Shown here: positions 52,653-62,257 of the stretch, one piece after another
How positions within the stretch are numbered: the stretch's first letter is position 1
Layout of the letters: every line of letters begins with the position of its first letter
NCBI GenBank assembly: GCA_965218795.1
Contig: OZ244653.1
Coordinates: 3,360,001 to 3,424,000, forward strand
Source of the DNA: a bacterium
Lineage (GTDB): Bacteria > UBA8248 > JACPRG01 > G963555815
Direction: 5' to 3'
DNA length: 64,000 bases
Made by a program: the position numbers and the translations under genes
The notes under the pieces: model-generated
Told to the model about the DNA's origin: nothing
What the model saw: only the letters and a program-made list of their open reading frames with translations
Databases searched by the model: none

Positions 52653-52681
52653 ATACCGTGGGATACCGTGGAATATCGTGG
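52653..52681 (+). repeat. Three 10-bp tandem repeats (ATACCGTGGG, ATACCGTGGA, ATATCGTGG) near the prophage terminus
   Basis: Directly visible 14 nt inside TGTAGAGG. Confidence 0.75.
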
Positions 52682-53175
52682 AAAAGGGCGATTTGGGGGA
52701 CGAGATCTCGCTCCGCAATGTGCGCGTGAACGCCTGATCCTTCGCCCAAGATCCGACCGCCGCTTTCCTGCCTCAAACGCCTAAAAATCGCGGAACAAGC
52801 GCCTTTTCCGGGACAAATGAAAGACATGAGGGGTTGAACCGCCTTGGGGCCGGGATGGGCGGTCAGCGCTCCGCTGAGGGCCTGACGGCGCCACGCTGAG
52901 AAAGACCGGACGGCCCACCGGAAAGACCCGAAAATCCAAAAGAAATAATTGTAGATTGTGACCGTGCAACGGTCGAAAAAGGCCCTTGCGACGCCTTTTT
53001 ATAGGCGTTTCAAGGGCCTTTTCTTTCGGCAAAAAGTGGGAATTTCAGCACCCGAAAAACGCGATAAAATTCCCCCGAATCCGGAGCGTTCAAGACGGGG
53101 TTCGCGCCGCTCCTCTCCCGCGTGGAATTTATTTGACTGAATAGGCTGGATATCGTAGAACTTCCCAGACAAGCA

Positions 53176-53204
53176 AAAGCCAGGATGTGGAGTCCTGGCT
53201 TTTT
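53176..53204. terminator. Bidirectional intrinsic terminator-like hairpin
   Basis: AAAAGCCAGGA-TGTGGAG-TCCTGGCTTTTT. Confidence 0.65.
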
Positions 53205-53312
53205 AGGTCCGCATCACACGGTTTCGGAGACCACGGCGGACAATACACGCAGGAAGAATATACCTCTTCCGACGCGTTGAGTCAAGTGGTCTCTCCGTAA
53301 GGGGAGACATCC

Positions 53313-54185
53313 ATGTGGGAGAGGAGGTTTCGAGTCAACATTTACGACGTGAGGCATGAAGGGCAAGACCCCATTCCGTTTGAGAAGGCCATCAGCATCG
53401 CTTGCAAGAAAAGTCTTAGGAGGCGTGGCAGAGATGAAAATGAGAAGCATCACCGTTTGGAGAATCACAAACAAAAAACAGACCGTTTTCTCCTCAATTT
53501 CGTAACACTGGATTTTCCCGGACCGGGACGCGCAAAACGCGAAGGTCCGGTATCTCCTTTCGGACTCGATGAAGATGAATCCTACACACATGAAACGGCT
53601 ATACTCTACGACATCGATAATCGGCTTGCATTCATCGAGTCCAAAAAGGTCGGCATGGGCTACGGAGCCATTGCGCGTTACTTTACAGATTTCGCTGGTT
53701 TGGGAACAGCGTATCAACTGATTCCTCGGCTTGACCCCGATGCGGCCACAAGGGCACGTAAAAAACGGCTAATTCGAGGTATGCAAATGAGGGTGGGCCT
53801 TGGTCCCATCACTCGAGATCATGCCAATACGCCAAGTCCGATTGTCGCTTTCGGGAATGCCTTTGGGGCGTCTTTTGTAGATGTCGAGATCAAGATTGAA
53901 GGGGGCAAACACAAATCGCTTTCACTCGATCGAATCAGTGAGTTCCTCCGCCGTGAGACGGATTATGAAAAGTTAGGCATTCAGCAATTGAAGGTGAACG
54001 GGAAAGAGAGCGAAGAAGAATCTCTTGAACTCATTGATTTGTTACAGCACCCCGAAAAACGGGACCGGAATTTGCCCGTAGACCCTGTAGAAAGAAAGAT
54101 TTTACACGAATATCGATGGGGCGCACTCGAAGACATCTGTAGGATATTCAGGCTTGAAATTTCTTTGGATCGACAAAAGGATTGA
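53313..54185 (+). CDS. DUF6731-like protein (candidate defence protein)
   Basis: RLE..FLLNFV..GPGR..FGLDEDE..HETAILYD..IDLL pattern recalled from DUF6731; lower GC than the core genes; GGAG RBS. Confidence 0.65.
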   Translation: MWERRFRVNIYDVRHEGQDPIPFEKAISIACKKSLRRRGRDENEKHHRLENHKQKTDRFLLNFVTLDFPGPGRAKREGPVSPFGLDEDESYTHETAILYDIDNRLAFIESKKVGMGYGAIARYFTDFAGLGTAYQLIPRLDPDAATRARKKRLIRGMQMRVGLGPITRDHANTPSPIVAFGNAFGASFVDVEIKIEGGKHKSLSLDRISEFLRRETDYEKLGIQQLKVNGKESEEESLELIDLLQHPEKRDRNLPVDPVERKILHEYRWGALEDICRIFRLEISLDRQKD

Positions 54186-54603
54186 GCAATACGGACCATA
54201 CCTGTTGGCGGTTTGTGCTGCCGGCGGGATGTATGCGATCGGTTTGGACATCTCCACATTCCCTGAATCACTGCCCGTTGGCTCTATGACTTTCGGTGTG
54301 GTCGTGGCTGGTTTTACAGCGACACAGCGAAATATTTTTCTTGGGATGGGTGGATCAAAAGTTATGAAATTCGCCATGGTGACGGGATATTACCAGGATG
54401 TCTTGCGCTACTTCAGGGATTGCATTTACTCGGGTCTTTTTTTGGCTCTCTGGTCAGTTTTGCTTTCCCTGATCTGTGGTCATATTTGGGTATGGATGGT
54501 TTGGGGTGGAATGCTCGTTTTGGTGCTGGCCTTTATTGTACGCAGCGAACTTCTCATGTCCGTCATCATTCAGAGATTTATTGAAGGGCAACGCTCAACG
54601 TAA
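54154..54603 (+). CDS. Small multi-pass membrane protein coupled to the DUF6731-like gene
   Basis: About 4 hydrophobic segments; overlaps the upstream gene. Confidence 0.7.
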   Translation: MKFLWIDKRIEQYGPYLLAVCAAGGMYAIGLDISTFPESLPVGSMTFGVVVAGFTATQRNIFLGMGGSKVMKFAMVTGYYQDVLRYFRDCIYSGLFLALWSVLLSLICGHIWVWMVWGGMLVLVLAFIVRSELLMSVIIQRFIEGQRST

Positions 54604-54948
54604 GGCCCCGCTGGATGGCTTTTCATTGTTCCGTTTTTTCTTCCTCCTCCGGCATGGGGCGCCGATATCTCGTAACTTCCTCAGTTTGCAGGTTACGAAG
54701 GCCATTTTCGGGTGCTTGTATGCCCATCGTGCGGGAATCGCGTGCTCTACCGAGGCCCTGGCGATTCCTTTGAGGCCCATATCGTCAATAGGCCGGACCT
54801 GTTCGAAGGATTTTAGGTCTCTCTTCATCTCTCCCTCCATTGACCTCCGCCCCGCCCCGTCGTAAATTACTACTTGGCGCCCGAGTCAGACGTATTACCA
54901 TGGCTTCGGCCTAGCGGGGAACGTTACGCACCCCCGGGCGCTGTCCTT

Positions 54949-56145
54949 TTACTTCCTACGCAATTTCCGAAGTTTCCTCCGCGCACTGAGAAGCTGCTTT
55001 CTGTTCGACCGGTGTTTCGTCGGCATGTACGTCTCTTCGCCGTCCTCCGTGGTCTTGATCACCAGGCGCCATGGGCGGCCGCCCTCCTCCAGAAAGCCAA
55101 TCGCCGCCCTCGGGTTTTTGGCGTCAAAGAACATCTCCCCCTCATCCAGCACGTGCTGAACCCGCAGCCAGTCCTCCGGGCCGAACTCCGCGAAGCGCGC
55201 GTGAGACCTCGCCGTCTCGCTCGATAGCCGCAGCGTCCTCGACCGCCCGCGGATCGCGCCCAGAATCCTCTTGGGCGTCACCGCCATCGGCCAGCTCCCG
55301 GCCTCCTCCCCGCCCAGAAAATCCGCAAGCCCCGGGTTGCCCGCGAACCCCCGGGCCGCCGCCCGGGCCAGGTCCTCCGGAGCCGCGTCCATTTTCTCGA
55401 TCACCTGCTCCAGGGCCTCGCCGACCCGGCCCACCCGGCCCACGTTGTGGTCCCATCCGGGATCGAGGCCCACGGGGATCTGCCTCATTTCGCCGGTCCG
55501 CTTGTTCACCCATTCGCGGGTTTTGCCGGCGTTGCTCGGGACGTCCGTCACCTTGTAGCCGTAGCGTTCCAGGTCGTCCTCCCCGAGCTGCTGGACGATG
55601 CACCGGCAGCCCCATCCGTTGGGCGGATAGTGGGTTTGCCAGAAGGGGTGATCCACCGGCAGCACCGTCCCGTGCCAGCCCAGGTGCTCTTCCCGCGTCC
55701 GCTCGTCGGTCACGGCCACGTAGCGCAGATACGGAAGGTCCGCCTTGACGCGCTGGATCCGCTCCCACCGGCCAGCGCCGTAGGAGGCCCGCAGGTTGGC
55801 GTCGAAGATGGTCCGCAGGCGGTAGGGTGAGCCAAGCTGCACGATCCGCGTTTCACCCGTCAACGGGTCAAGTATCGGCGCACGGCCCCACCAGCCGCGC
55901 TTCACCAGCAACGGCTCAAGCTCGCTGCGGAAGGTATCAAGCGTGATCCCATCGGATATGGCCCGGTCCACGGCCTTCCGGATGTCCGTGAGGATGTCCA
56001 GGTCCATGGCCTTGGCCACGGTGAAGGCCCGGGCGTGCAAGGCCGCGTCAGCGTCCTGCCAGGCGAACGTGATCTTGCGGCCCTTCTTGCGGAAGCGCCT
56101 CACCGCCTCAACGGGCGGGACGTTCAGGATTTCGGGGAGCGGCAT
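54949..56145 (-). CDS. Phage head morphogenesis MuF protein with C-terminal PBECR-like nuclease domain
   Basis: AFTVAK, GWWG, RLRTIF, DERTREEH..WHG..PPNGWGCRC; C-terminal LSSETARSH..VIKTT..TY. Confidence 0.88.
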   Translation of the reverse strand: MPLPEILNVPPVEAVRRFRKKGRKITFAWQDADAALHARAFTVAKAMDLDILTDIRKAVDRAISDGITLDTFRSELEPLLVKRGWWGRAPILDPLTGETRIVQLGSPYRLRTIFDANLRASYGAGRWERIQRVKADLPYLRYVAVTDERTREEHLGWHGTVLPVDHPFWQTHYPPNGWGCRCIVQQLGEDDLERYGYKVTDVPSNAGKTREWVNKRTGEMRQIPVGLDPGWDHNVGRVGRVGEALEQVIEKMDAAPEDLARAAARGFAGNPGLADFLGGEEAGSWPMAVTPKRILGAIRGRSRTLRLSSETARSHARFAEFGPEDWLRVQHVLDEGEMFFDAKNPRAAIGFLEEGGRPWRLVIKTTEDGEETYMPTKHRSNRKQLLSARRKLRKLRRK

Positions 56146-56157
56146 GGGTCAATCACC

Positions 56158-56247
56158 ACATGGATAGGGATGAACATGGATAGACAGGATGAAAATTACA
56201 AATTTCTGTTTTTCTTTTCCCATCCTGTGCATCCTGTGCATCCATGT
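56158..56247. repeat. Palindromic element made of ~9-bp-period ACAGGATG/CATCCTGT units
   Basis: ACATGGATAGGGATGAACATGGATAGACAGGATG ... CATCCTGTGCATCCTGTGCATCCATGT. Confidence 0.7.
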
Positions 56248-56258
56248 CTGGTCTCCGG

Positions 56259-57071
56259 TCAGGGCTTCGCCGGGTCCCATACGATCGTCGCTATCTGCTC
56301 TTTGGTCAGCTTCGCCCGGTAGTGCCGAAGGTGGCGCTTGAGAGAAACCTTTGTCCTTCCGTTGATCTCAATCGGCGCGCTCTCCAGCACCGGATCGCCC
56401 CATACATGAAGCCAGCCCCACGGGCTGATCATCACAACCGGCTTACCGCCCTTGCGGTAAACCATCCCGACCGGGCAGGCAGTGTGAAAAGCAGACTTCC
56501 ACCAGCACAGCCGCCTTTTCCGTACAAAGCCCACGGTCAGGATCGCCGAAAGGGGTTCGGGTGCGGGCTCGGCTTGGGGTTCGGCTTCAGCGGAGATCGC
56601 CGGTTTTCCCTCCGCGTCCTCAAGCGCCAGGTCGATCATGTCGCCCACGGTTGTTTTGTAATACTGATGTCCGCCTTTTTCGTACCACCAGTACCGCAGG
56701 CTTCGGACCTTCGGCCCAGCTTTCCTCAGCAGGTCGCGCAGGTCGGCGGCCCCGTCGCGCTTGAGGAGCTTGCTCCACGCTAACCTGGTCAACTCCCGGT
56801 TGAACTCTCCATTCGGCCCGAGGATAGGTATGGCGTCGGACAGGGCGGCGGAGTACAGGTCGCTCTTGATCTTCCGGCAGCTCCATGGAAAGCGGTCATG
56901 GACCATCCGCAGATCGCCGTCGGCATTGTACTCGTACAAGTAGCCGCCGCCCGACAGGCTGGCATTCGGCTCCGGAGACCAGATCGGCAAATGGTCCTTG
57001 AACTGAAAGCCCCGGCTGAGCATGTTCCAGCGGAGGATATTGTGATGTACGCCAGGGTTCGCGGAACCCAT
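56259..57071 (-). CDS. Hypothetical protein (prophage)
   Basis: 270-aa ORF with purine-rich RBS, co-oriented with the phage genes. Confidence 0.6.
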   Translation of the reverse strand: MGSANPGVHHNILRWNMLSRGFQFKDHLPIWSPEPNASLSGGGYLYEYNADGDLRMVHDRFPWSCRKIKSDLYSAALSDAIPILGPNGEFNRELTRLAWSKLLKRDGAADLRDLLRKAGPKVRSLRYWWYEKGGHQYYKTTVGDMIDLALEDAEGKPAISAEAEPQAEPAPEPLSAILTVGFVRKRRLCWWKSAFHTACPVGMVYRKGGKPVVMISPWGWLHVWGDPVLESAPIEINGRTKVSLKRHLRHYRAKLTKEQIATIVWDPAKP

Positions 57072-57085
57072 CAGCTCTCTTCCCC

Positions 57086-57319
57086 TTAGATATCCGCCGC
57101 GTATTCTCTGAGCACTCTAACGTCATGCACCCCTCGGGCCTCCAGCTCCGCTGCGTACGCCCTCAGTAGCGTTTCGATATAGTCGAGCTTGGCGTTGGTC
57201 TTATCAACCAATTCCTGGCTCGTTTCATCGCCAATACCGTCCCTGATAAACTCAAAATCTCTTAGGGCCAGCATAAGCCCATATGATGATTCGCCCATTC
57301 TCTCTCTCTCTCCCTTCAT
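57086..57319 (-). CDS. Hypothetical protein (prophage)
   Basis: Short helical ORF overlapping the portal stop. Confidence 0.5.
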   Translation of the reverse strand: MKGERERMGESSYGLMLALRDFEFIRDGIGDETSQELVDKTNAKLDYIETLLRAYAAELEARGVHDVRVLREYAADI

Positions 57320-58634
57320 TCCGTGCTTCCGTCTGGGTCGTCGGCGTTCTGTAGGCCAGCTCGGCCGGACAGCCAGGCGCTGAATACGTTGGCCCGTACC
57401 CGCAGCGCAAGGGCTTCGTCGTCGAGCTGCTTCGCCAGGCCGCCGAAAGCCTCGTTGAAGTCCTCAAGGTTTTCGGCTTCGGCCGCCGCCGCAAGGATCG
57501 GCTCGATGATCGGGCCGGTCAGCTGCTCCCAATCGTTCGCCGCGTCGACCGCCGCGTCCCCAAGCGGATCGGCCGTTGTGTCGCCCTCGCGGGCCGCGCC
57601 CTGAAGGGTAGTACGCAGCGCCGGTTCTTGGTTCCCCGGCGCCGGTGGCGGCTCCGGCGCCGGTTCCCATTCGCCGCCGTATACGGCCTCGACGTGCTCT
57701 TGCGTGGGCTTGAGGCCGGTGGTCTCGGAAATGATCCGCTCCCGTTCGGCCCGTTTGTCCAGGTCCTCGGGCGGTTCGGCGTCCCGCCGTATCCGGGGGA
57801 TCGCCGCGCCGGGAAAATTCCACTCCGTCAGCCACCTTGAGATCGTGTGGTTCAGAGCGTCATCCAGCATGTGGGCGTCCGCCGCTATGACCTCATCACG
57901 CACGTCCTTCTGGATCTCGGCCGTCCCCTTCCACGGGCCTTGATCCGTGGTGGAGCTTTGGCCCAGGAGGGTCGTCGTTATGGCGCTGTCCAGATACTTC
58001 ACGAACTCCTCGAAATCCGCGCCCGCCCTCCGGGCGGATTCCATAAGCTCGATGTCCTGCCCCTCCGGGAGCGCTATGCCGGAGCCCACCGAAAGGCCCT
58101 TGATCAGTTCCAAGAGCTTGTCAATCTCCTCCTGATTCGCGCCCTTGCGGTATGTGCCCTTGGGCGTGGGAGAGCCGTACTTGTCAAGCGAAACCGCCCA
58201 AAACTTCAGGCCGTTCCGCTTCAGCCATACCGACCAGTAGCACCAACGCGCCAGGCCGGGGCCGTGCGGGATATCGTCGTGGTCGGCCGGGCGCATGAGC
58301 GTTACGAACTTGGCGGGCGGTACGGGGTTGCCTTGGGGCTGGCTCCGGGTCCGCAAAAGCAGGTCCCGCTCCGCGTCCCAACGAAAGCGCTCCGGTGAAC
58401 GGACTATCAGATCCGCCAGGATCACCCGGTTGCCTTCGCGCTCCCAAAGCGCTTCGGCCGCCGAATAGCCGTACCACACGGCATGAAGCAACTGCCGGCA
58501 GATGGGATCGAACTTCAAGCCCTCGAGCTGCGCCTTCAAATCTTCGGCCGCTTGCCTGTCCCGAGCCGTCTTGCCACCGGGCTCCACTTCCCAAGGCCGC
58601 GATATCGTCGCATCGAGGCGCTGATCCAGTGACG
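57316..58634 (-). pseudogene. Mu gp29-like portal protein (DUF935), 5'-truncated
   Basis: WYGYSAAE, PHGPGL, LDKYGSP, LLGQSSTT, EWNFPGA; similarity extends to SLDQRLDATISRPWEVEPGG with no upstream start. Confidence 0.82.
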
Positions 58635-58683
58635 CAGGGGGGAGGGTTGTCCCTGCATTGCCTGAAAAATGACTGTCCCCTTT

Positions 58684-59862
58684 TCATGAATACTTCCGCT
58701 TTGGCAGCGACCAGGCCGCCCCTATCAGACACAGCTTGAAAACGATCACGACGAACCAGCCTGCCTTGAAGCTGCCGGTCAGGTCGTGAACCCCTCCCAG
58801 AGTCATCGGTCCAAGGAAGGTCAGCGCGTACCCGACCAGAATATTGAACCCCGCAACGCTGCCTACGCGGCTCGGCTCCACGTAATCCAACGGGAGCGCA
58901 AAGCAGAGCGTGAACGTACCGGCCAGCGCGATACCCATCATCGTAGAAAGGATGACGGGAGCCGACATCGGAAAAAACATCATCACCGCGAAGAACGGTA
59001 AAAATCCGCCTGAAGACCAGATCACCCACCATTTCCTTTCGCCGAAACGATCGGAAATCAACGGAATCAAAAGGCCCGACGGCAAACCGGTGATGATAAA
59101 TATCGTCAGAATTCGCGTTGAGGATTCCAGATCCATCCCGAGTTCGTGATAGTACGTCGGTATCCAGGAGGCCATGGAATAAAACGCCAGGTTCATCATC
59201 AGGAAGATGATATTCAGCTTCCAGACCGTCTTGTCCCGCCAAATCCCGGACAGATACTGACTTTTCACCCTCTGTGACTTCTGTTCGGGCGCCAGAAACA
59301 GCCAGACCAGAAGAGCCAGAAGACCGTAGCCGCTCCAGACCAGAAAGGTGCCCCGCCAGGAACCCGAGACGTTCACCATGTAGGGAAACGTCAGCCAGGA
59401 GGCCATCGTCGCGCCCACGATAAAACCGCTCGCGAAGATGCCCGTGGCTGTCCCCGGCAAGTCCGGAAAGCGGTCCTTGACCATCCGCGTCAGCCCGGGA
59501 TTAGCCACCCCCATCCCCGCCCCGAGAAGCGCTGTCCAGATCACCAGGGGAAGGAACCCGCCGGGGACGGCGCGCAGCGCGCTCCCCGCAACGAGCATCG
59601 TCAGACCCAGAGCGATGGTTTTTTTCATCCCGATGCTGTCCGCCAGGAATCCCCCGGGGATTCCGAATGCCGCCATGAACAGCGTGGGCACGGCAAAGAG
59701 GAAGCCGGCTTCCGCGTAGGAGAGGGCAAGATCCGCCTTGATCAGCGGGAGAACGGGGGAGATGGCGATGGAGATTCCGCGAAGACTCAAAGCGGCCAAC
59801 CAGCCGGCCGCGAGGAGGACCCATCGGTTTCGGGTTGCCAAATCGAGAAAAACCTTTAACAA
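58684..59862 (-). CDS. MFS transporter (CynX/NimT-like)
   Basis: SLR..SPVLPLIK, VKDRFP, GGVHDLTGSF; about 12 TM segments. Confidence 0.85.
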   Translation of the reverse strand: MLKVFLDLATRNRWVLLAAGWLAALSLRGISIAISPVLPLIKADLALSYAEAGFLFAVPTLFMAAFGIPGGFLADSIGMKKTIALGLTMLVAGSALRAVPGGFLPLVIWTALLGAGMGVANPGLTRMVKDRFPDLPGTATGIFASGFIVGATMASWLTFPYMVNVSGSWRGTFLVWSGYGLLALLVWLFLAPEQKSQRVKSQYLSGIWRDKTVWKLNIIFLMMNLAFYSMASWIPTYYHELGMDLESSTRILTIFIITGLPSGLLIPLISDRFGERKWWVIWSSGGFLPFFAVMMFFPMSAPVILSTMMGIALAGTFTLCFALPLDYVEPSRVGSVAGFNILVGYALTFLGPMTLGGVHDLTGSFKAGWFVVIVFKLCLIGAAWSLPKRKYS

Positions 59863-60284
59863 AACAGGAATGACAGAGTATGGCCTACAATCGGGTCATC
59901 AGGTGAAAGAATCACTTATTTCCGGACGAATCGCAATCCGGAAGCGGCAACGCGCCGCTCCGATTTCGCCGCGCCAGGCCCGGCGGCAGAGGCAGGTCTC
60001 CGTCCCGTCCCGCTCTTCGCTAAACGGCAGAAGCGGGGCGCTCTTCCTTCCGGCCCCCTGGACGGATCCGCTGCTTGCCTTGAAATCAGCTCCCCGCGGC
60101 GATGCCGGCCATGACAAAGGACCTGAACGCGTACCTGAAGACGCCTCGCCAAGTTCTACAACACCGAGCGCCCTCACCAGGGCTGTCGCAACATGGGGAG
60201 ACGATCCATCGACACGGTCAAGAGGTTTATCCAAACTGAGATGAAAGAAGCCTGGTTATAAACCTAAAGAAAATCACGAATTCC

Positions 60285-61127
60285 TCACCGGGGTCCCTTG
60301 TACACCCGGATGGAGAGAATCTTCACATCTTGTTTCGGCTTGGATGAGCGCGGCTCCACCGGAATTTCGGCAATCCTGTCGACCACGTTCATCCCCTTCA
60401 CCACCTTCCCGAATACCGTGTGCTTGCCCGTCAGCCAGCCGGTTTCCACCAGGTTGATGAAGAATTGCGAGCCGTTGGTGTTGGGGCCCGAATTGGCCAT
60501 CGCCAGGACGCCCCTCTTCGGATAGTGGGACTTGAGCTTGGGATTGTATCGATAACCCTGGTTCTGATAAGCCTCCTTGATGGACATCCTGTTCAGCCGG
60601 TTCTTGACCTCATCCATCCTCTTTTTCATCTCGTCCTGGGTTTCGATTCGCATCCGGCGAAGGAGCGGGAAGAACAGAACCCTGTTGAAGTCATTCTGTG
60701 ACCGTATCAGGAGCCACGGGTGGGGGCGGTCATTGTCATCAAGAGCCTTGATCTTCTGCAACCCGAGTGAGTCCGCATTGATCTCGTCTTCAAACCGATA
60801 TCCCGGGCTGCCGCCCCCGGTTCCCAGAGGATCGCCTCCCTGGATCATGAATTTCTTGATGACCCGGTGAAATATCAGGTTGTCATAAAAATTTCTTTTC
60901 ACCTTTGTCCGGGTTTTGGGGTCGGTGAACTCCTTGGTCCCTTCCGCCAGCCCAATGAAGTTCGCGATGGTCTCGGGCGCTTCCTTCTGAAAAAGTTCCA
61001 CATAGATCTCACCGAAATTCGTCTTGATCAGTGCAATGGGATCGTCGGGGTAATCCAGCCGGAATTCCTGCGCCAGCGAGGATTGGACCGTAAAGAGGAA
61101 AAAGGCAATGGCCAGAAAAATTCTCAT
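60285..61127 (-). CDS. Exported cyclophilin-type peptidyl-prolyl isomerase with internal insertion
   Basis: Signal peptide; FHRVIKKFMIQGGDP, LAMANSGPNTNGSQFF, HTVFG. Confidence 0.93.
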   Translation of the reverse strand: MRIFLAIAFFLFTVQSSLAQEFRLDYPDDPIALIKTNFGEIYVELFQKEAPETIANFIGLAEGTKEFTDPKTRTKVKRNFYDNLIFHRVIKKFMIQGGDPLGTGGGSPGYRFEDEINADSLGLQKIKALDDNDRPHPWLLIRSQNDFNRVLFFPLLRRMRIETQDEMKKRMDEVKNRLNRMSIKEAYQNQGYRYNPKLKSHYPKRGVLAMANSGPNTNGSQFFINLVETGWLTGKHTVFGKVVKGMNVVDRIAEIPVEPRSSKPKQDVKILSIRVYKGPR

Positions 61128-61220
61128 GAATGGGCCCCTTATTTCTTGAGTCGTTTCCTTGGAGAGATTCGTTCGGGCCTTGACTGAGCATATTCGATCA
61201 ACTCATCGAGAAAAAACGAA

Positions 61221-61910
61221 TCACAAGATTCCAGCGAACGCCCGGACGGGCGCGCCGGTCCCGTACCTGAGCTTGATCGGCACGGCGAAGAACCAGAAGT
61301 CCTTGCCCAGGAGGGCCTCCAGGTTCCTCAGCATCTCGACCATGTAAACACGATTGCTGCCGCAGATCTTCATGTGAACCGGCCGATCGTCGGGCGTGAC
61401 CTCGAGCGCCTCCACGCTGACCAGATCCACGCCGATGAGCCGGAGGCCCCGGTCCAGCACCCAGTCCGCCGCAGTGCCGTCCAGGTAGGGACGGGGAACG
61501 GCCAGTTCCGGGTCTTCGAATTTCTCCCCCCAGCCCGTGTAGACGAGAATCGCATCGCCGGGTTGCACGCGAAACCCCGCCTTCAGGCATCCGGCTTCCA
61601 GATCCTCCCCCGAGATGGCCTCCCACTCGCCCTTGTGCGACATGTCCACGACATGCCCCGGCAGAATAACTTCCTCGATGGGGATCTCGGCGATCTTTTT
61701 CCCGTTGGGGTTGAAATGGCAGGGAGCGTCCAGGTGCGTGCCCAAATGCTCGGTGGCGAAGAAGCAATGGCCTTCCATGCTCACGCGCCCTTCGAACTTC
61801 TTCGAAGTCCCCTCATGAGAGTACCACTTCCAGAAGGTCGTTTTCGGGCTCCCGTAACACGTCATACCGTCGAAAATGTCGTTGGAGAGGTCCACGATTT
61901 CCTTGAACAT
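61221..61910 (-). CDS. Cyclase family metal-dependent hydrolase (kynurenine formamidase-like)
   Basis: EHLGTHLDAPCHF, GTGAPVRA. Confidence 0.9.
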   Translation of the reverse strand: MFKEIVDLSNDIFDGMTCYGSPKTTFWKWYSHEGTSKKFEGRVSMEGHCFFATEHLGTHLDAPCHFNPNGKKIAEIPIEEVILPGHVVDMSHKGEWEAISGEDLEAGCLKAGFRVQPGDAILVYTGWGEKFEDPELAVPRPYLDGTAADWVLDRGLRLIGVDLVSVEALEVTPDDRPVHMKICGSNRVYMVEMLRNLEALLGKDFWFFAVPIKLRYGTGAPVRAFAGIL

Positions 61911-62257
61911 TTCTTCCTCCAATCACCAAAATTTTCCGTGCAGGACGGAGATCCCTCTGAAATCATGGGCGGCGTTGGGGCGTCAGGGCCGGTCTTGAGG
62001 CAATGCCTTTTCATCCTGTGGCCTGCGCGTTTCCTTCCGGCCGCAGCGTGCCGCCGCCTTCTCCCCGCCCTTGGGACGACGTCCATCCGCGCGGCAGGTA
62101 TGGGCGGACGTCCCCGTTCCCTCTCTGATCATCAACCTGGAACCCTGTCCGGCAATCTTTCGCGGACTTTGATAAGATTTACGGGTGCCCCGGCTCGCTT
62201 GGGGCCGAACGATCTCAACCCAAAATATAACAACGTATCCTGAAGGGGAAACGTCCC

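Larger units (their letters stand above)
52639..58640 (-). mobile_element. Transposable (Mu-like) prophage remnant
   Basis: TGT terminus with tandem ATACCGTGG repeats at 52639, DUF935-type portal, MuF; most phage genes absent. Confidence 0.75.

Noticed and set aside
54877-54941. Known self-cleaving ribozyme
   Set aside because: No hammerhead, twister, pistol or HDV core recognised; kept only as an unexplained hairpin
59899-60244. ORFs between the MFS and cyclophilin genes
   Set aside because: Overlapping low-information ORFs on both strands with no recognisable family
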